A DNA stretch of 64,000 nucleotides from Alkalispirochaeta sp. (GTDB lineage: Bacteria; Spirochaetota; Spirochaetia; DSM-27196; Alkalispirochaetaceae). The position numbers and the translations under genes are program-made. The stretch is from NCBI GenBank assembly GCA_965242725.1, contig CBDESZ010000026.1, positions 1 through 64,000 on the forward strand. Direction: 5' to 3'. Of this stretch, positions 43,242-54,692 are shown piece after piece (within the stretch, counting starts at the first letter, position 1; each line of letters starts with the position of its first letter). The notes beneath the pieces were generated by a model. That model did no database searches. It saw only the letters and a list, made by a program, of their open reading frames with translations, and had not been told where the DNA came from.

Positions 43242-44609
43242 ATGCGACGGTATTACCCTACCCCGGCCGGAGACGACCATATCTACAAGGATCAAAGTAT
43301 ACGGCGTCTCTCGATAGATGAATGGCGAAAGATGTGGACTGAAGATCGTACGGAATGGTTCCGAACCCTGAAGGACCGGCCGAACCGATTTGACGGTTCC
43401 CTGTGGCACCGGGCGATCGCGTCGTGGAAAAACGATATTCCCGATGCCGGTGGTGCGGATCCCCTTGCGGGGGTTCCCTTCCTGGTGAAGGATCTCTTTG
43501 ATGTACCGGGTGAACGTACGACATGCAGCTCGGCGGTGTTGCTTGACGACGGTGGCGTCCGTACACCGCCGGCTGAAAAGCACGCATGGCTGACGGAATG
43601 CTTTCTTGAGTTGGGCGCCCATGTGACGGGGCGGACCAATATGAACGAGTTTGCCTACGGTCTGGACGGCCGGAACAGCAGGACCGGCAACTGTCCTCAC
43701 CCCCTTGACCGACGCAGGATTCCCGGCGGCTCGTCCAGCGGTTCCGCCTGGGCCGTCGCGGCGGGAATTGTTCCGTTTGCCCTTGGAACCGATACGGGAG
43801 GTTCAGTGCGATTGCCCGCAGCGTTATGCGGCATATACGGCGTTCGTCTCGGATGGAGCCGCGACCGTCTGCGGGGCGTCTTTCCCCTGGCGGGGTCCCT
43901 GGATACGGTAGGGTGGTTTACCCACAACCGGGGCGATATGGAGCAGCTGTTGTCGCTTGTCTGTACGGACGCGTCACATCCCGGGCCCTCAGGTTCCGCA
44001 GGTTTTCCAAGCGGCGGGAATCCGCGGATTGCGGCAATCCTTCCGCACGGCACCGTAATGGACGACGAGATCGGCGCGATGTGGCGGGAGGTGGTAGAAA
44101 AACTCGACACCCTGTCGGCGGGTGTCGACATCGCTGACGTTCCTCCCCTCCTCGGCGACGCTGCCGTGGACGCCTACAACATCATCGGTTCCAGCGAAGC
44201 GTGGGCCGTTCATCGTGACTGGATCGGTTCACATGGTGATCTCTACGATCCGGTGGTGCGGGGTCTGATAGAACGGGGTAAATACTGGAGCGGCGAGCGT
44301 CTCCGTCTTGCCGAAGAGACACGGTCAAGGGTCCGGGAATACGCTGCATCGTTATTTCAGGACTATGACTTCGTCATCCTTCCCGCAACGGTAGTGGCTA
44401 CGCCGCTCGACCGGGATATCGACGGGGACTTCAGAAGTCAGATAATACGGCTGAACACATTTGGATCTCTGGCGGGGTTGCCGGCCCTCTCGGTACCGGT
44501 ACACTTTGACGCCGTGAGGAGCGGCGGAATCCAGATACTCGCGCCTTCCGGTCGGGAGCGATCCTTTCAGGACGTTCTCCATATCTGGGACCGATTAAAC
44601 ACACTATAA
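43242..44609 (+). CDS. Amidase-signature family protein (start uncertain)
   Basis: LAGVPFLVKD, GGSSSGS, LGTDTGGSVRLPA. Confidence 0.9.
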   Translation: MRRYYPTPAGDDHIYKDQSIRRLSIDEWRKMWTEDRTEWFRTLKDRPNRFDGSLWHRAIASWKNDIPDAGGADPLAGVPFLVKDLFDVPGERTTCSSAVLLDDGGVRTPPAEKHAWLTECFLELGAHVTGRTNMNEFAYGLDGRNSRTGNCPHPLDRRRIPGGSSSGSAWAVAAGIVPFALGTDTGGSVRLPAALCGIYGVRLGWSRDRLRGVFPLAGSLDTVGWFTHNRGDMEQLLSLVCTDASHPGPSGSAGFPSGGNPRIAAILPHGTVMDDEIGAMWREVVEKLDTLSAGVDIADVPPLLGDAAVDAYNIIGSSEAWAVHRDWIGSHGDLYDPVVRGLIERGKYWSGERLRLAEETRSRVREYAASLFQDYDFVILPATVVATPLDRDIDGDFRSQIIRLNTFGSLAGLPALSVPVHFDAVRSGGIQILAPSGRERSFQDVLHIWDRLNTL

Positions 44610-44616
44610 TAGCGAT

Positions 44617-45594
44617 ATGGAATACCGATACGCAGGATCAACGGGGCTCAGGATCTCACAGCTGGCATTGGGCACGATGTCCTTCGGCGGCGACGCCGAC
44701 GAGGGGACAGCCCGCGCCCTCTTTGAGGAGGCCCGCTCCCGGGGAGTCAATTTTTTTGACTGCGCGGACGTCTATCAGAAGGGAAGGGCGGAGGAAATAC
44801 TCGGGCGACTCATACGGACATGTCGTGACGAGGTGATCATCAGCTCAAAAGTCGCGTCGCCCATGGGGGATGGGCCGAACGAAAGCGGGGCGTCGCGGTA
44901 CCGCATCGTCCGATCGGTGGAACGGTCCTTGAAACGTCTCGATACTGACCACCTCGACGTCTATTTTATCCATCGCTACGACGCGGCGACGGCGCTCGAG
45001 GACGTACTGCGCGCATTGGACGACCTTGTCCGGCAGGGAAAAATCCTTTACGGCGGGTTGAGCAACTTCTCGGCGTGGCAGGCGCAGCGGGCAATCGATA
45101 TTGCACGTTTCAGGGGGTACGCCGTACCCGCTTTCATACAACCGATGTACAGTCTGGCAAAACGGCAGGCGGAGGTGGAAATTCTCCCCATGGCGGCAGA
45201 CAACAATATCGCCGTCCTCTCCTACAGCCCCCTCGGAGGAGGTCTGCTGTCCGGAAAGTACGGAGTGAAGGACAAGCCCGCCGACGGCCGCCTCTCCACA
45301 AACAGCATGTATCAGGTGCGCTACGGGGACGCCGGGAACTACCGTATTGCCGAAGACTTTCGGAACCTTGCGGAACAATGGGGATATCATCCCGTCTCAC
45401 TCGCCGTGGCGTGGGTAGGCTCCCATCCGGCGGTAACGGCGCCCCTCTTGGGTGCGCGGTCGGTGGAACAGCTGAAACCGGCGCTGGACAGCGCGGATAT
45501 TTCACTGACCCCGGAGCAGCGACGCGAAATTTCCCGCCTGAGCCCGGCCCCACCGCCCGCGACTGATCGCATTGAGGAACAGCACAGGGAGTGA
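44617..45594 (+). CDS. Aldo/keto reductase
   Basis: LGTMSFG, FDCADVY, SLKRLDTD..YFIH, YSPLGGG. Confidence 0.92.
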   Translation: MEYRYAGSTGLRISQLALGTMSFGGDADEGTARALFEEARSRGVNFFDCADVYQKGRAEEILGRLIRTCRDEVIISSKVASPMGDGPNESGASRYRIVRSVERSLKRLDTDHLDVYFIHRYDAATALEDVLRALDDLVRQGKILYGGLSNFSAWQAQRAIDIARFRGYAVPAFIQPMYSLAKRQAEVEILPMAADNNIAVLSYSPLGGGLLSGKYGVKDKPADGRLSTNSMYQVRYGDAGNYRIAEDFRNLAEQWGYHPVSLAVAWVGSHPAVTAPLLGARSVEQLKPALDSADISLTPEQRREISRLSPAPPPATDRIEEQHRE

Positions 45595-45670
45595 CACCTC
45601 CCGTCGTCCCGGTCTGGCTCGTGACGACGATTTCTGTTATCATCGCCCAACAATTTTTCGGGAGATGACA

Positions 45671-48445
45671 ATGCACGCTGTGGAGTTGAGCAAGACATTT
45701 AACGCAGCCGATTTTGAAGATCGGAATTATAAAATGTGGAAGAATGCGGGCTATTTCAAGCCGGCGGAACACGGAGATCCAGAACGCGACAGTGATCCCT
45801 ACGTCATCGTCATTCCTCCTCCAAACGTAACGGGTGTGCTCCATATGGGGCACGGCCTTAACAACAGCCTGCAGGATATCCTCATTCGCTACCAGCGAAT
45901 GCAGGGACGCCCGACACTCTGGGTGCCCGGTACCGACCACGCCGGTATTGCGACGCAGAATGTGGTGGAACGCAAACTCCTCGCCGAAGGTACGAGCAGG
46001 GAAGAGCTCGGCCGGGAGAAATTTGTCGAACGAACGTGGCAGGTCAAGGAAGATCACCACACCATTATCACCCGTCAGCTGGAGAAGATCGGTGCCAGTT
46101 GTGACTGGAGCAGAGAGCGCTTCACCCTCGACCAGGGCCTGAACGACGCGGTGAAAGAGGTATTTGTAACGCTCTACGAGCGGGATCTCATTTACCGCGG
46201 CGAATACCTCATAAACTGGTGTCCAAGTTGCGGCACCGCCCTCTCCGACGACGAAGTGGAACATTCCGAAACGCATGGACACATCTGGCATATACAGTAT
46301 CCGATCGTCGATCCCGATAATCCCGACGCCGCGGAGGGGTCCCTCGGATGGATCGTCGTGGCGACGACGAGACCGGAGACGATGCTCGGTGATACCGCCG
46401 TCGCGGTGCATCCCGAGGATGAGCGATATCGCGGTCTCGTCGGTAAGTCGGTACGTCTCCCCCTTTCGGGACGGATCATTCCGATCGTTGCCGATTCATA
46501 TGTTGATCGCGAGTTCGGAAGCGGTGCGGTAAAAATCACCCCCGCCCACGACCAGAACGACTGGGAGATCGGGGAGCGCCACGGTCTTGAGCGAATCAAT
46601 ATCCTCACCGCCACTGCCCATTTGAACGAAAACGTACCGGAACCGTACCGGAACCTGTCCGTCCGGGACGGGCGGAAGCGCGTCGTGGCGGACCTGGAGG
46701 CGGGTGGGTATCTCCGGAAGACGGAAGATCATATTCATCAGGTCGGTCACTGCTACCGCTGTGATACCGCCGTGGAGCCGTGGGTGAGCACCCAGTGGTT
46801 TGTGCGCATGAAACCCCTTGCCGACAAGGCGCTGAAGGCGTGGAGGAACGACGAAATTCGTTTTTATCCGAAACACTGGGAAAACACCTACACCCACTGG
46901 CTTGAGAACATACGGGACTGGTGCATCTCCCGACAGCTCTGGTGGGGGCATCGGATACCGGTGTGGTACGACGATGCGACGGGGGAGATGATCGTGAGCA
47001 GGACCGATCCGACCGACGATCCCCGCTACGCGGGTAAGACGCTCCGCCAGGACCCCGATGTACTTGATACGTGGTTTTCAAGCTGGCTGTGGCCGTTCAG
47101 TACCCTTGGATGGCCCGAAGAAACGGAGGATCTCCGCAAATACTATCCGACGACCTCTCTTGTCACCGCATATGACATCATATTCTTCTGGGTATCCCGC
47201 ATGATCATGGCCGGTCTTGAGTTCAAGGGTGAGGTCCCCTTCCGGGACATCTACATTACCGGGCTCGTCAGGGATATCAATGGACGGAAAATGTCCAAGA
47301 GCCTTGGAAACGGTATTGATCCCCTGGATATCGTCGCGGAATACGGGGCGGATGCACACAAGTTTACTCTTGCATATCTGAGCGTCCAGGGATCGGACGT
47401 TCCCATCGCAACGGACAGCTTTCAGCTGGGCAGCAAGTTTGCCAACAAGATATGGAACGCCACACGCTATCTCCTCATGAACCTGGAGGGACGGGAGATC
47501 GTGCCATTTGATGAGATTGAACTCGACGACATCGACCGGTGGATCTACTACCGCCTCGACCGCTCGATACGGACCGTCGCGCATGCAATGGCGGGGTATC
47601 GCATGGATGAAGCGGCGCGCAGTGTGTACGAGTTTTTCTGGAACGACTTCTGCGACTGGTATATCGAGGCGAGCAAACTTCATCTCTACGCCGACGACAA
47701 CGCACGGAAGGACCGCTCCGTCTCTCTCCTGCTGTACATCCTTGAAGAGAGCCTGCGGCTTATGCATCCCTTCATGAGTTTCATTTCTGAAGAGATCTAT
47801 CAGAAACTGCCTGAAGCGCTGACGCCCGCCGACGGGGCGGCGACGTTACCCGGCTACCGGGAGGGGGCCCGTCGTTCCCGCCCGGAGGGACGCCCCGACG
47901 CGGTCATCGTCGCTCCCTATCCCCGGGAAACTGAGTGGAGAAAGAGTGAGGAGTCCGTCGCCGCCGCAACGGGCTTTTCAGGTCTCCAGGAGCTCGTGCG
48001 GGGAGTACGGACGATGCGCAGTGAGTTCACCATACCGCCGTCCAAGCGTTTCGACCTGTACATACGGTACAGCGATGATCGGACCGACCTGGGTGAGTAC
48101 TTTCGACGACACGGAGATCTTATTTCCATGCTTGGAGGGCTGGGTGCCCTGGAAATCGGGACGGATTCGGGACGAAGGTCCGGGTCAGTCGCCGTCGTGG
48201 GCAGCGGATTTGAGGCGTATCTCTATGTACGGGACATCATTGATGTGGAAGCACAGCTCGCGCGGCTTCGCAAGAATGTCGAAAAGATGCGCAACGGACT
48301 GAACCAGTCGGAAAGGAAGCTGTCGAGTCCGGGCTTTGTGGAAAAGGCGAAACCCGAGGTTGTCGAAAAGGAACGGGTTAAAGCCGCCGATCTGCGGGAC
48401 CAGCTTGAACGGACTGAAGCGGTTCTGCGGGAACTTGCGGACTGA
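45671..48445 (+). CDS. valS: Valine--tRNA ligase
   Basis: PPPNVTG.LHMGH, WCISRQLWWGH, KMSKS, C-terminal coiled coil. Confidence 0.97.
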   Translation: MHAVELSKTFNAADFEDRNYKMWKNAGYFKPAEHGDPERDSDPYVIVIPPPNVTGVLHMGHGLNNSLQDILIRYQRMQGRPTLWVPGTDHAGIATQNVVERKLLAEGTSREELGREKFVERTWQVKEDHHTIITRQLEKIGASCDWSRERFTLDQGLNDAVKEVFVTLYERDLIYRGEYLINWCPSCGTALSDDEVEHSETHGHIWHIQYPIVDPDNPDAAEGSLGWIVVATTRPETMLGDTAVAVHPEDERYRGLVGKSVRLPLSGRIIPIVADSYVDREFGSGAVKITPAHDQNDWEIGERHGLERINILTATAHLNENVPEPYRNLSVRDGRKRVVADLEAGGYLRKTEDHIHQVGHCYRCDTAVEPWVSTQWFVRMKPLADKALKAWRNDEIRFYPKHWENTYTHWLENIRDWCISRQLWWGHRIPVWYDDATGEMIVSRTDPTDDPRYAGKTLRQDPDVLDTWFSSWLWPFSTLGWPEETEDLRKYYPTTSLVTAYDIIFFWVSRMIMAGLEFKGEVPFRDIYITGLVRDINGRKMSKSLGNGIDPLDIVAEYGADAHKFTLAYLSVQGSDVPIATDSFQLGSKFANKIWNATRYLLMNLEGREIVPFDEIELDDIDRWIYYRLDRSIRTVAHAMAGYRMDEAARSVYEFFWNDFCDWYIEASKLHLYADDNARKDRSVSLLLYILEESLRLMHPFMSFISEEIYQKLPEALTPADGAATLPGYREGARRSRPEGRPDAVIVAPYPRETEWRKSEESVAAATGFSGLQELVRGVRTMRSEFTIPPSKRFDLYIRYSDDRTDLGEYFRRHGDLISMLGGLGALEIGTDSGRRSGSVAVVGSGFEAYLYVRDIIDVEAQLARLRKNVEKMRNGLNQSERKLSSPGFVEKAKPEVVEKERVKAADLRDQLERTEAVLRELAD

Positions 48446-48460
48446 AAATCGTCGGGACGC

Positions 48461-48513
48461 CGGCGTCCCTGCGACGCCGGCCCCCCGCCGTCCCGTCCAT
48501 CCCGACGGGACGG
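48461..48513. terminator. Two adjacent GC-rich hairpins between convergent genes
   Basis: CCGGCGTC/GACGCCGG and CCGTCCCGTC/GACGGGACGG; no T-tracts. Confidence 0.5.
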
Positions 48514-48518
48514 TCCCT

Positions 48519-49520
48519 TCAGTAGCCGGCCAGAAGATCGACGGCGCCGGAAACGTCGGCGGGCATGCCCGATTCCAGCCACTGAACCACCAGATCCACC
48601 ACTTCCCGGGCGCTTGCCTCCGTTGCCGGCGGGGTGTACCCGCCAAGGTGGGGAGAAAAAATGACGTTGTCCAACTGCTCCAGGGGATAGCGTGACGGAA
48701 GGCACCGGGTGCCCGCCGGATCGGGATAGGTGAACCACGTATCAATCGCCGCCGTGAGTGAGCCGGTGGCGCATGCTGAGTAGAGGGCGCCCTCATCTAT
48801 GACGTCTCCCCGTCCTACATTGACGAGGATTCCCCCGGACAGGGCGGCGAGGCGGGCGGAGTTGATGATTCCTTTTGTCTCCGCGGTACTCGGCAGGGTG
48901 ACGATAACCGCATCGGCGCGTTGCATTGCGTCATCCAGGTCGGTGGTGACCGCATCAAACAGGCCCGACGGGATACCGTCGTCCCCGTCCCTGCGGCGTA
49001 CTCCCACTATTTCCGGTCCCAGAGGCCGGAGAAATCGTGCCGTCCATTGACCGATGGAACCGGTGCCGACGATGGCGACCGTCATTTCCGACAAAGATCT
49101 CCAGCTCAGGTCAACACGTTCTCCCGCGGCAAAACCATGCCATCGGCCTCCGCGGAGATCCCGGTCGCCCGCGACGATCCGTCCGGCGGCGGCGAGGAGG
49201 AGCGAAAGGGCGCGTTCGGCGACCCACCGGCCGTTTGCGTGCGCATTTATGACGGCGATCTTCCGCAGCTGCAGCTCTGCGAGGGGGAGCGTGTTGATGC
49301 CCGCCATCGGAATGGCTATGAGCCGGAGTGACGGCAGACCCTTCAGGGTTTCACCGCTCAGCCCGTAGGTGACAAGAGCCTCCGCGGAATTGAGGGTTTC
49401 TCCGTCGGCGCGGGTGATCTCCTGGACGGAGCTGATCGTTGCATCGGTTTTCTTCCGTGTTTCCTCGATGAGGGATCGCCAGAAATCGTTTCGGGGGGTA
49501 TGAAAAAGAAGTGTTGCCAT
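48519..49520 (-). CDS. D-isomer-specific 2-hydroxyacid dehydrogenase family protein
   Basis: GTGSIG, LP.T.ET, NVGRG, SPHLGG. Confidence 0.9.
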   Translation of the reverse strand: MATLLFHTPRNDFWRSLIEETRKKTDATISSVQEITRADGETLNSAEALVTYGLSGETLKGLPSLRLIAIPMAGINTLPLAELQLRKIAVINAHANGRWVAERALSLLLAAAGRIVAGDRDLRGGRWHGFAAGERVDLSWRSLSEMTVAIVGTGSIGQWTARFLRPLGPEIVGVRRRDGDDGIPSGLFDAVTTDLDDAMQRADAVIVTLPSTAETKGIINSARLAALSGGILVNVGRGDVIDEGALYSACATGSLTAAIDTWFTYPDPAGTRCLPSRYPLEQLDNVIFSPHLGGYTPPATEASAREVVDLVVQWLESGMPADVSGAVDLLAGY

Positions 49521-49567
49521 GGCGGCAGTGTACCCAAGAATGTGAATGAAAGCTACAATGGAGCGCT

Positions 49568-50677
49568 ATGGAGTACATCGCAGCCGTCGATATCGGGGCA
49601 GGGGAAAGTACGAAACTTGCCCTGTGTCGCGATCCCCTGACTCTTTCGGGATACCGGGAATTACCCGTCTCCGCCTACGGTTCGAATTTCGAAGCGTACT
49701 GCACCGGCCTTGCCCGTGAGATTGAAGCGCTCCTGAAAGAGGCGGGGGCAAATCGGTCCGGTCTGCGGGGAATCGGTGTGGCGACGGCAGGTATTCTTGC
49801 CTCGGACGGACGGTTTCTCCGCACAAGCAACATTGCCATGCTTGAGGGGCACAACATCAGAGAGTGGCTCAGGCAACGATTTGACGTGCCAGTCGGTATC
49901 GCCAATGACGCCGACGCCGGCGGCCTTGCGGAGTGGGCGGTCCTGCAGGTGGAACTGCTCTATTGGGTCTTCGGCGGAGGATGGGGCGGATCGTGGATCT
50001 CCCGGGATGGAACGGTACGCTTTCCCTCTACCGACTGGAACGGCGACGACCGCACCCTGCACCCGACGAACGAACCGGGGTTTTCAATCCCCCTTTCAAA
50101 GGAGATCCTCCGGGACCTCTTTCCCGAGGTCGGTGCTTCCTATCGCAGATTTGAAGAGAATCTGCTGGAGGAGTTTTCAGGGGACGCGGGGGTTCTGACC
50201 GGGCCGGCGGGAAGTCCCGATACGATCCGGGCGGAAGTCATACTCAGTGGACCAGGTCGACTGCGACTTTTTCACGCAATCGTCGGCGACAACGACGGCT
50301 ACGAATCGTGGTTTGATGCCGACGAACGGGGCGGAATGGCGGACCCCGCAATGGCGGGACGCCTTATATCGAAACTTTCCCGCATGAGAGTTGATTATGC
50401 GTTGAATACGGACCGCCTCTACGGGAAGGTTCTTGCCCATGCGACGAGGGTCATGGTGCGACGCGCCACGGAAGACGGGCTGCCGCCGGGCGTTCCCATT
50501 TGTCTCGGCGGTAAACCGAGTTATGCCCTGCCGTATTTCGGGCCGAGTACGCAGCGATTTCTTGGAAAATTCGGGCTCCTGAACTACCTCAGGCCAAGCG
50601 TGATTGACGAGCGCGGTCTAAACGCCAATATCGTCGGTGCCGCCGTCGTCGGCGAACAGGCCGCCGCCCGAAGCTGA
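49568..50677 (+). CDS. Divergent ROK-family protein
   Basis: AVDIG, GIGVATAG, NDADAGGLAE, C-terminal A.IVGAA. Confidence 0.75.
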   Translation: MEYIAAVDIGAGESTKLALCRDPLTLSGYRELPVSAYGSNFEAYCTGLAREIEALLKEAGANRSGLRGIGVATAGILASDGRFLRTSNIAMLEGHNIREWLRQRFDVPVGIANDADAGGLAEWAVLQVELLYWVFGGGWGGSWISRDGTVRFPSTDWNGDDRTLHPTNEPGFSIPLSKEILRDLFPEVGASYRRFEENLLEEFSGDAGVLTGPAGSPDTIRAEVILSGPGRLRLFHAIVGDNDGYESWFDADERGGMADPAMAGRLISKLSRMRVDYALNTDRLYGKVLAHATRVMVRRATEDGLPPGVPICLGGKPSYALPYFGPSTQRFLGKFGLLNYLRPSVIDERGLNANIVGAAVVGEQAAARS

Positions 50678-51526
50678 CTCTCCCTCCGAACGCGGGGAGT
50701 GCTCCGTATCTCCGTGACGCTCCGGGGGAGCTCCCTCTCCGTCCCGGTCTCCCTCGTTCCGGGACAACTGGTAGATCCACAACGCCGAGTGGAGGAGGAT
50801 CTCCGCAAAGATTCTCATCAGAAAGAGAAATAGCACCGCCGACGCCAGCACACCGTAGACGACCACGCGACGCCCCGTCGTCCGGACGATCAGTCCGCTT
50901 ACGAAAGAAGCACCCTGCCACACCACGGCGGCGGAGAGGAAAACGGGCAGGGTAATACGGAACGGAATCGGTCGACCCGCCGAGAGGCGGACGATGCTGC
51001 CCAGGGTAAAGGCAAGGACGATCACCGAAGCGATGCGCGCAAGGAATTCGAGAAGAATTTCAGGCAGAGGTACATAGGTGGACCCGAATTGCACGACAAG
51101 TGTTGCCAGGGCCGTGGCATAGATCAAGAGGAGAAATACCGCGTTCAGTGCGACGGCGCGGAGACGTCCCCGGCCGGGGGTGAGCTCTATACCGAGCCCC
51201 GCGCGGACGACACGATGAACATCAAAGAAAAGGGTGTGCACCGAATAAAGGAAGACGCCGATGGTCACAACCGTCAACGATCCCGGACGGTCGGCAAAGA
51301 ACTCAAGACCAACCATGATGGACCGGCGGTAGGTGGCGGGGACCCCAGCCAGAAGCTGACTCTCCAGGATCGCCAGGACTTCTTCGGTGAGCACGATACT
51401 TCCCGCGAGGGTCAGAAGAAAGAGCAGGGGAATCGTGGCGAAGAGGGCTGAAAAACTGAGTCCTTTTGCGAGTAAGGGACCATGCATGCGGAAGTACCGC
51501 TGAATAACGGCGCGAACAGCGTTCAT
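50618..51526 (-). CDS. YihY/BrkB family membrane protein
   Basis: [22 protein letters not shown]; about six TM helices. Confidence 0.8.
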   Translation of the reverse strand: MNAVRAVIQRYFRMHGPLLAKGLSFSALFATIPLLFLLTLAGSIVLTEEVLAILESQLLAGVPATYRRSIMVGLEFFADRPGSLTVVTIGVFLYSVHTLFFDVHRVVRAGLGIELTPGRGRLRAVALNAVFLLLIYATALATLVVQFGSTYVPLPEILLEFLARIASVIVLAFTLGSIVRLSAGRPIPFRITLPVFLSAAVVWQGASFVSGLIVRTTGRRVVVYGVLASAVLFLFLMRIFAEILLHSALWIYQLSRNEGDRDGEGAPPERHGDTEHSPRSEGESASGGGLFADDGGTDDIGV

Positions 51527-51586
51527 ACGCTATTTTCCGACAGGGGCACAACATTCGCAAGGGTTCACGCTGTTCCACCCTTATCC

Positions 51587-51615
51587 TTGACCTCCCGTGG
51601 GAAGGGGCATACGAT
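51587..51615 (+). promoter_or_regulatory. Putative sigma70 promoter for the FGGY kinase
   Basis: TTGACC-N17-TACGAT. Confidence 0.55.
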
Positions 51616-51645
51616 CTATGGGACACAAATTACAGGGAGCAGACA

Positions 51646-53272
51646 ATGGCCGAAAAAGACGTAATTGCACAGGGAAAAAGCATCCTCGGTATTGAGTTGG
51701 GTTCGACGAGAATTAAGGCGTCCCTCATAGGCGAAGACACCGCCCCCATCGCCGCCGGTTCCCACACGTGGGAGAATAAGCTGAAAGACGGCATCTGGAC
51801 GTACGATCTCGACGATGTCTGGACGGGGTTGCAGGCGTGTATGGCCGATCTGCAGCGGGACGTCTCCGACCGGTACGGAGTGACCCTTCGCAGCGTCGCA
51901 TCCGTCGGCGTCAGCGCGATGATGCATGGCTATCTGACCCTCGATAACGACGACAACCTGGTCGTTCCTTTTCGCACGTGGCGAAACAATATCACCGGTG
52001 AAGCCTCGGAGTTTCTGACCGAACTTTTTCAATATCCCATCCCCCAGCGCTGGAGTATCGCCCACCTCTATCAGGCGATTCTGAACGGGGAAGACCATGT
52101 GGGCCGGATCGCCCGCATGACGACCCTCGCGGGGTACGTACATTACAGACTGACGGGGCGCTTCGTACTCGGCATGAACGACGCATCGGGTATGTTTCCC
52201 GTTGATCCCGAGACGGGAGGGCTACTTTACGGGAATGCTGGACGCCTTTGACGGTGCCGTTGCGGAAAAGAAGTTTCCCTGGAAGATTCGCGACATCATG
52301 CCGGCGATCGTGGATGTCGGTGAGGAGGCGGGGGTACTGACGGAAGAGGGGTGCGGCACTGCTGGACCCGTCGGGAACGCTGACGGGCGGGCATTCCCCT
52401 CTGTCCTCCCGAGGGTGACGCCGGTACCGGAATGGTTGCAACCAACAGCATTAAAGTTCGTACCGGGAATGTGTCTGCCGGTACAATCCGTTTTTGTCAT
52501 GATCGTCCTTGAGAAGGCGCTGAAAAAAGGTTCATTCCGAGATCGACCTCATCGTTACGCCCCGACGGACATACGGTGGGCATGGCCCATTCAAACAACT
52601 GCACCTCCGATTTTGACGCGTGGGTCGGCCTCTTCGGTGAGGTGGCGACGGCGCTGGGGGTGACGGTCACGCCCGACAAGGTCTACGGCGCGCTGATGCC
52701 ACTCGCGGTAGGACCGGATGCGGACAGGGATGCAGGGGGGACTGCTTTCATACGGTTATATTTCCGGGGAACACGTCACCGGATTCACCGAGGGACGTCC
52801 CCCTCTTTGTCCGGGATCCTGCGGGTCGTTTCACCCTGCCGAATTTCATCAGAACCCATCTCTTTTCCGCCCTCGGTGCGATGCGTACGGGATTGAACAT
52901 CATGACCGAGGAAGAGGGCGTCCGGGTGGAGGAAATACGCGGACACGGTGGATTCTTCAAGACCCTCGATGTGGGAAGCCGTATCATGGCCGCCGCCACA
53001 AACACACCGGTAAGCGTCATGGCGACGGCCGGGGAGGGTGGTGCATGGGGAATGGCGCTGCTCGCGGCGTACATGACACGGAAGGGAACGGAAAACGACA
53101 CTTCCCCAGTTTCTGGACGCCATATTTGCCGACAGCATGGGCGTGCCGACGGCGCCCGATCCGGGCGATGTGGAGGGATTTGAGGAGTTTTTTCCGCCGC
53201 TATACCGCGGGGCTGGCCATAGAGCGCGCCGCCGTTGTAGCGCTGCCGGGAAGGGTAGTGTCGGACCGCTGA
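51646..53272 (+). pseudogene. FGGY-family pentulose kinase broken by many frameshifts (probably sequence error)
   Basis: [24 protein letters not shown]; later GDAGTGM, HSNNC, GHGGFFK and GEGGAWG are spread over all three frames. Confidence 0.85.
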
Positions 53273-53390
53273 CGACGGGAGACAACCAGGGGCAGATGGC
53301 GGCGGGCAGGTAGTGCCGGACAGACAAAGACGTGCAGGTAGCGCCTGCGCGTTGTCAGCCCGCCGGACCGCGTGGTATGCTCCATGGAAC

Positions 53391-54580
53391 ATGACCCATC
53401 GCATTCGTCTTTGAAATATTTCTACCGGTAGTAAATGGAATTGTAACGTCCAGCCATAACCTGGCGCAGAACCTCATGGCCCGGGGACATCGGGTAATTT
53501 ACATCGCACCGCGGTGGAAGGAATCGACAATAACGGACCATGAGGGTGTTCCGGTCTATTATGTGTCCAGTTACGAAACCTTTGTCTATCCGGGAATGCG
53601 AAACGTCATTCCCTGGAGTCGTCACGTAAAGCGCATCCTCCAGCGGGAAAAGGTGGATATCGTCCATGCGACGGGACCGTGGCTCCTGAACTGGGCGGCT
53701 CTCAGGGCGGCGCGAAAGCTCGGCTGCGGGACGGTACAGACCTTTCATACGATGCTGCAGGAGCCGAGTTACATTCGCTATTTTACCCACAGCGACAGCC
53801 TCGTTCCGGTTCTCCGGGCGCTGGCGTGGCGATACTTCGGGCTATACATGCGCCGAAGCGATGCCGTCACGGGGCCGAGCAAATACGTGGCCTCCCAACT
53901 CTCAAACCACTATCCGGATGTACCGATTCACTACATTCCAAAACGGCATAGATATCGAGAAGTTTTCACAGAAAACCGATTACGATGCGACGGTTGCCCG
54001 CTTCCCGATGTACAACAGAAAGACCTTTATCTTTATCGGCCGCCTGGGACAGGAAAAATCGGTGGACCGCCTCATTAACGGCATGAGTGTTGCCATGCGA
54101 CGGGACAAGGACATTCGTCCTGCTTCTCATCGGGGACGGTCCGGGTCGGAAGGCGTATGAAGCGCAGGTACGGGAATTGCGGCTCACGCGCTCCGTGTTC
54201 TTCCTCGGGAGAATTTCGCCGTATGATCTCTATACAAGCGGCCCTCATTCACAACGCCTGCGCAAATGTTACGGCCAGCACCACTGAAAGCTTCGGCATG
54301 ACCGTTATCGAGTCCATGGCGTCGGGCACACCGTCGATCGTTCCCAATGTCCCGGGAATTTCGGAGCTGGTTGAGGGGACGGGACTGACCTTTCCCCGGG
54401 ATGATCTGGAGGAGCTGGGCGGACCGTGTTCTTGCCATTGTGCAAGGATGATACGTTGCGACGGTCACTCTCGGCACAGTGCCTGAAACGGGCACAACGC
54501 TTTGACGGCGCGGTAATCGCAGACCAGTTTTGAAACAACTTTACCTCAGTGTCGCTCAAAAACACCCGATGGAACGTTGA
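53391..54580 (+). pseudogene. Glycosyltransferase family 4 (glycolipid synthase-like) broken by several frameshifts
   Basis: FLPVVNGIVTS, GRLGQEKS, GDGP and ESFGMTVIESMASG across frames. Confidence 0.8.
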
Positions 54581-54692
54581 CAAAGGACTTCTTGTACAAG
54601 GTGTAATTTCACCATAACACTCATCTCATACTACAACATTGGCTCGTGTCGCCCTGAACGTTGACTCCCCTGCCGCCAAAGAGGTCTGTCCG

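Noticed and set aside
54577..54610. TTGACA plus CTTGTACAAG palindrome upstream of the CoA-activase gene
   Set aside because: The -10 spacing is poor (19 bp) and the site lies in the error-rich segment, so it cannot be called reliably.
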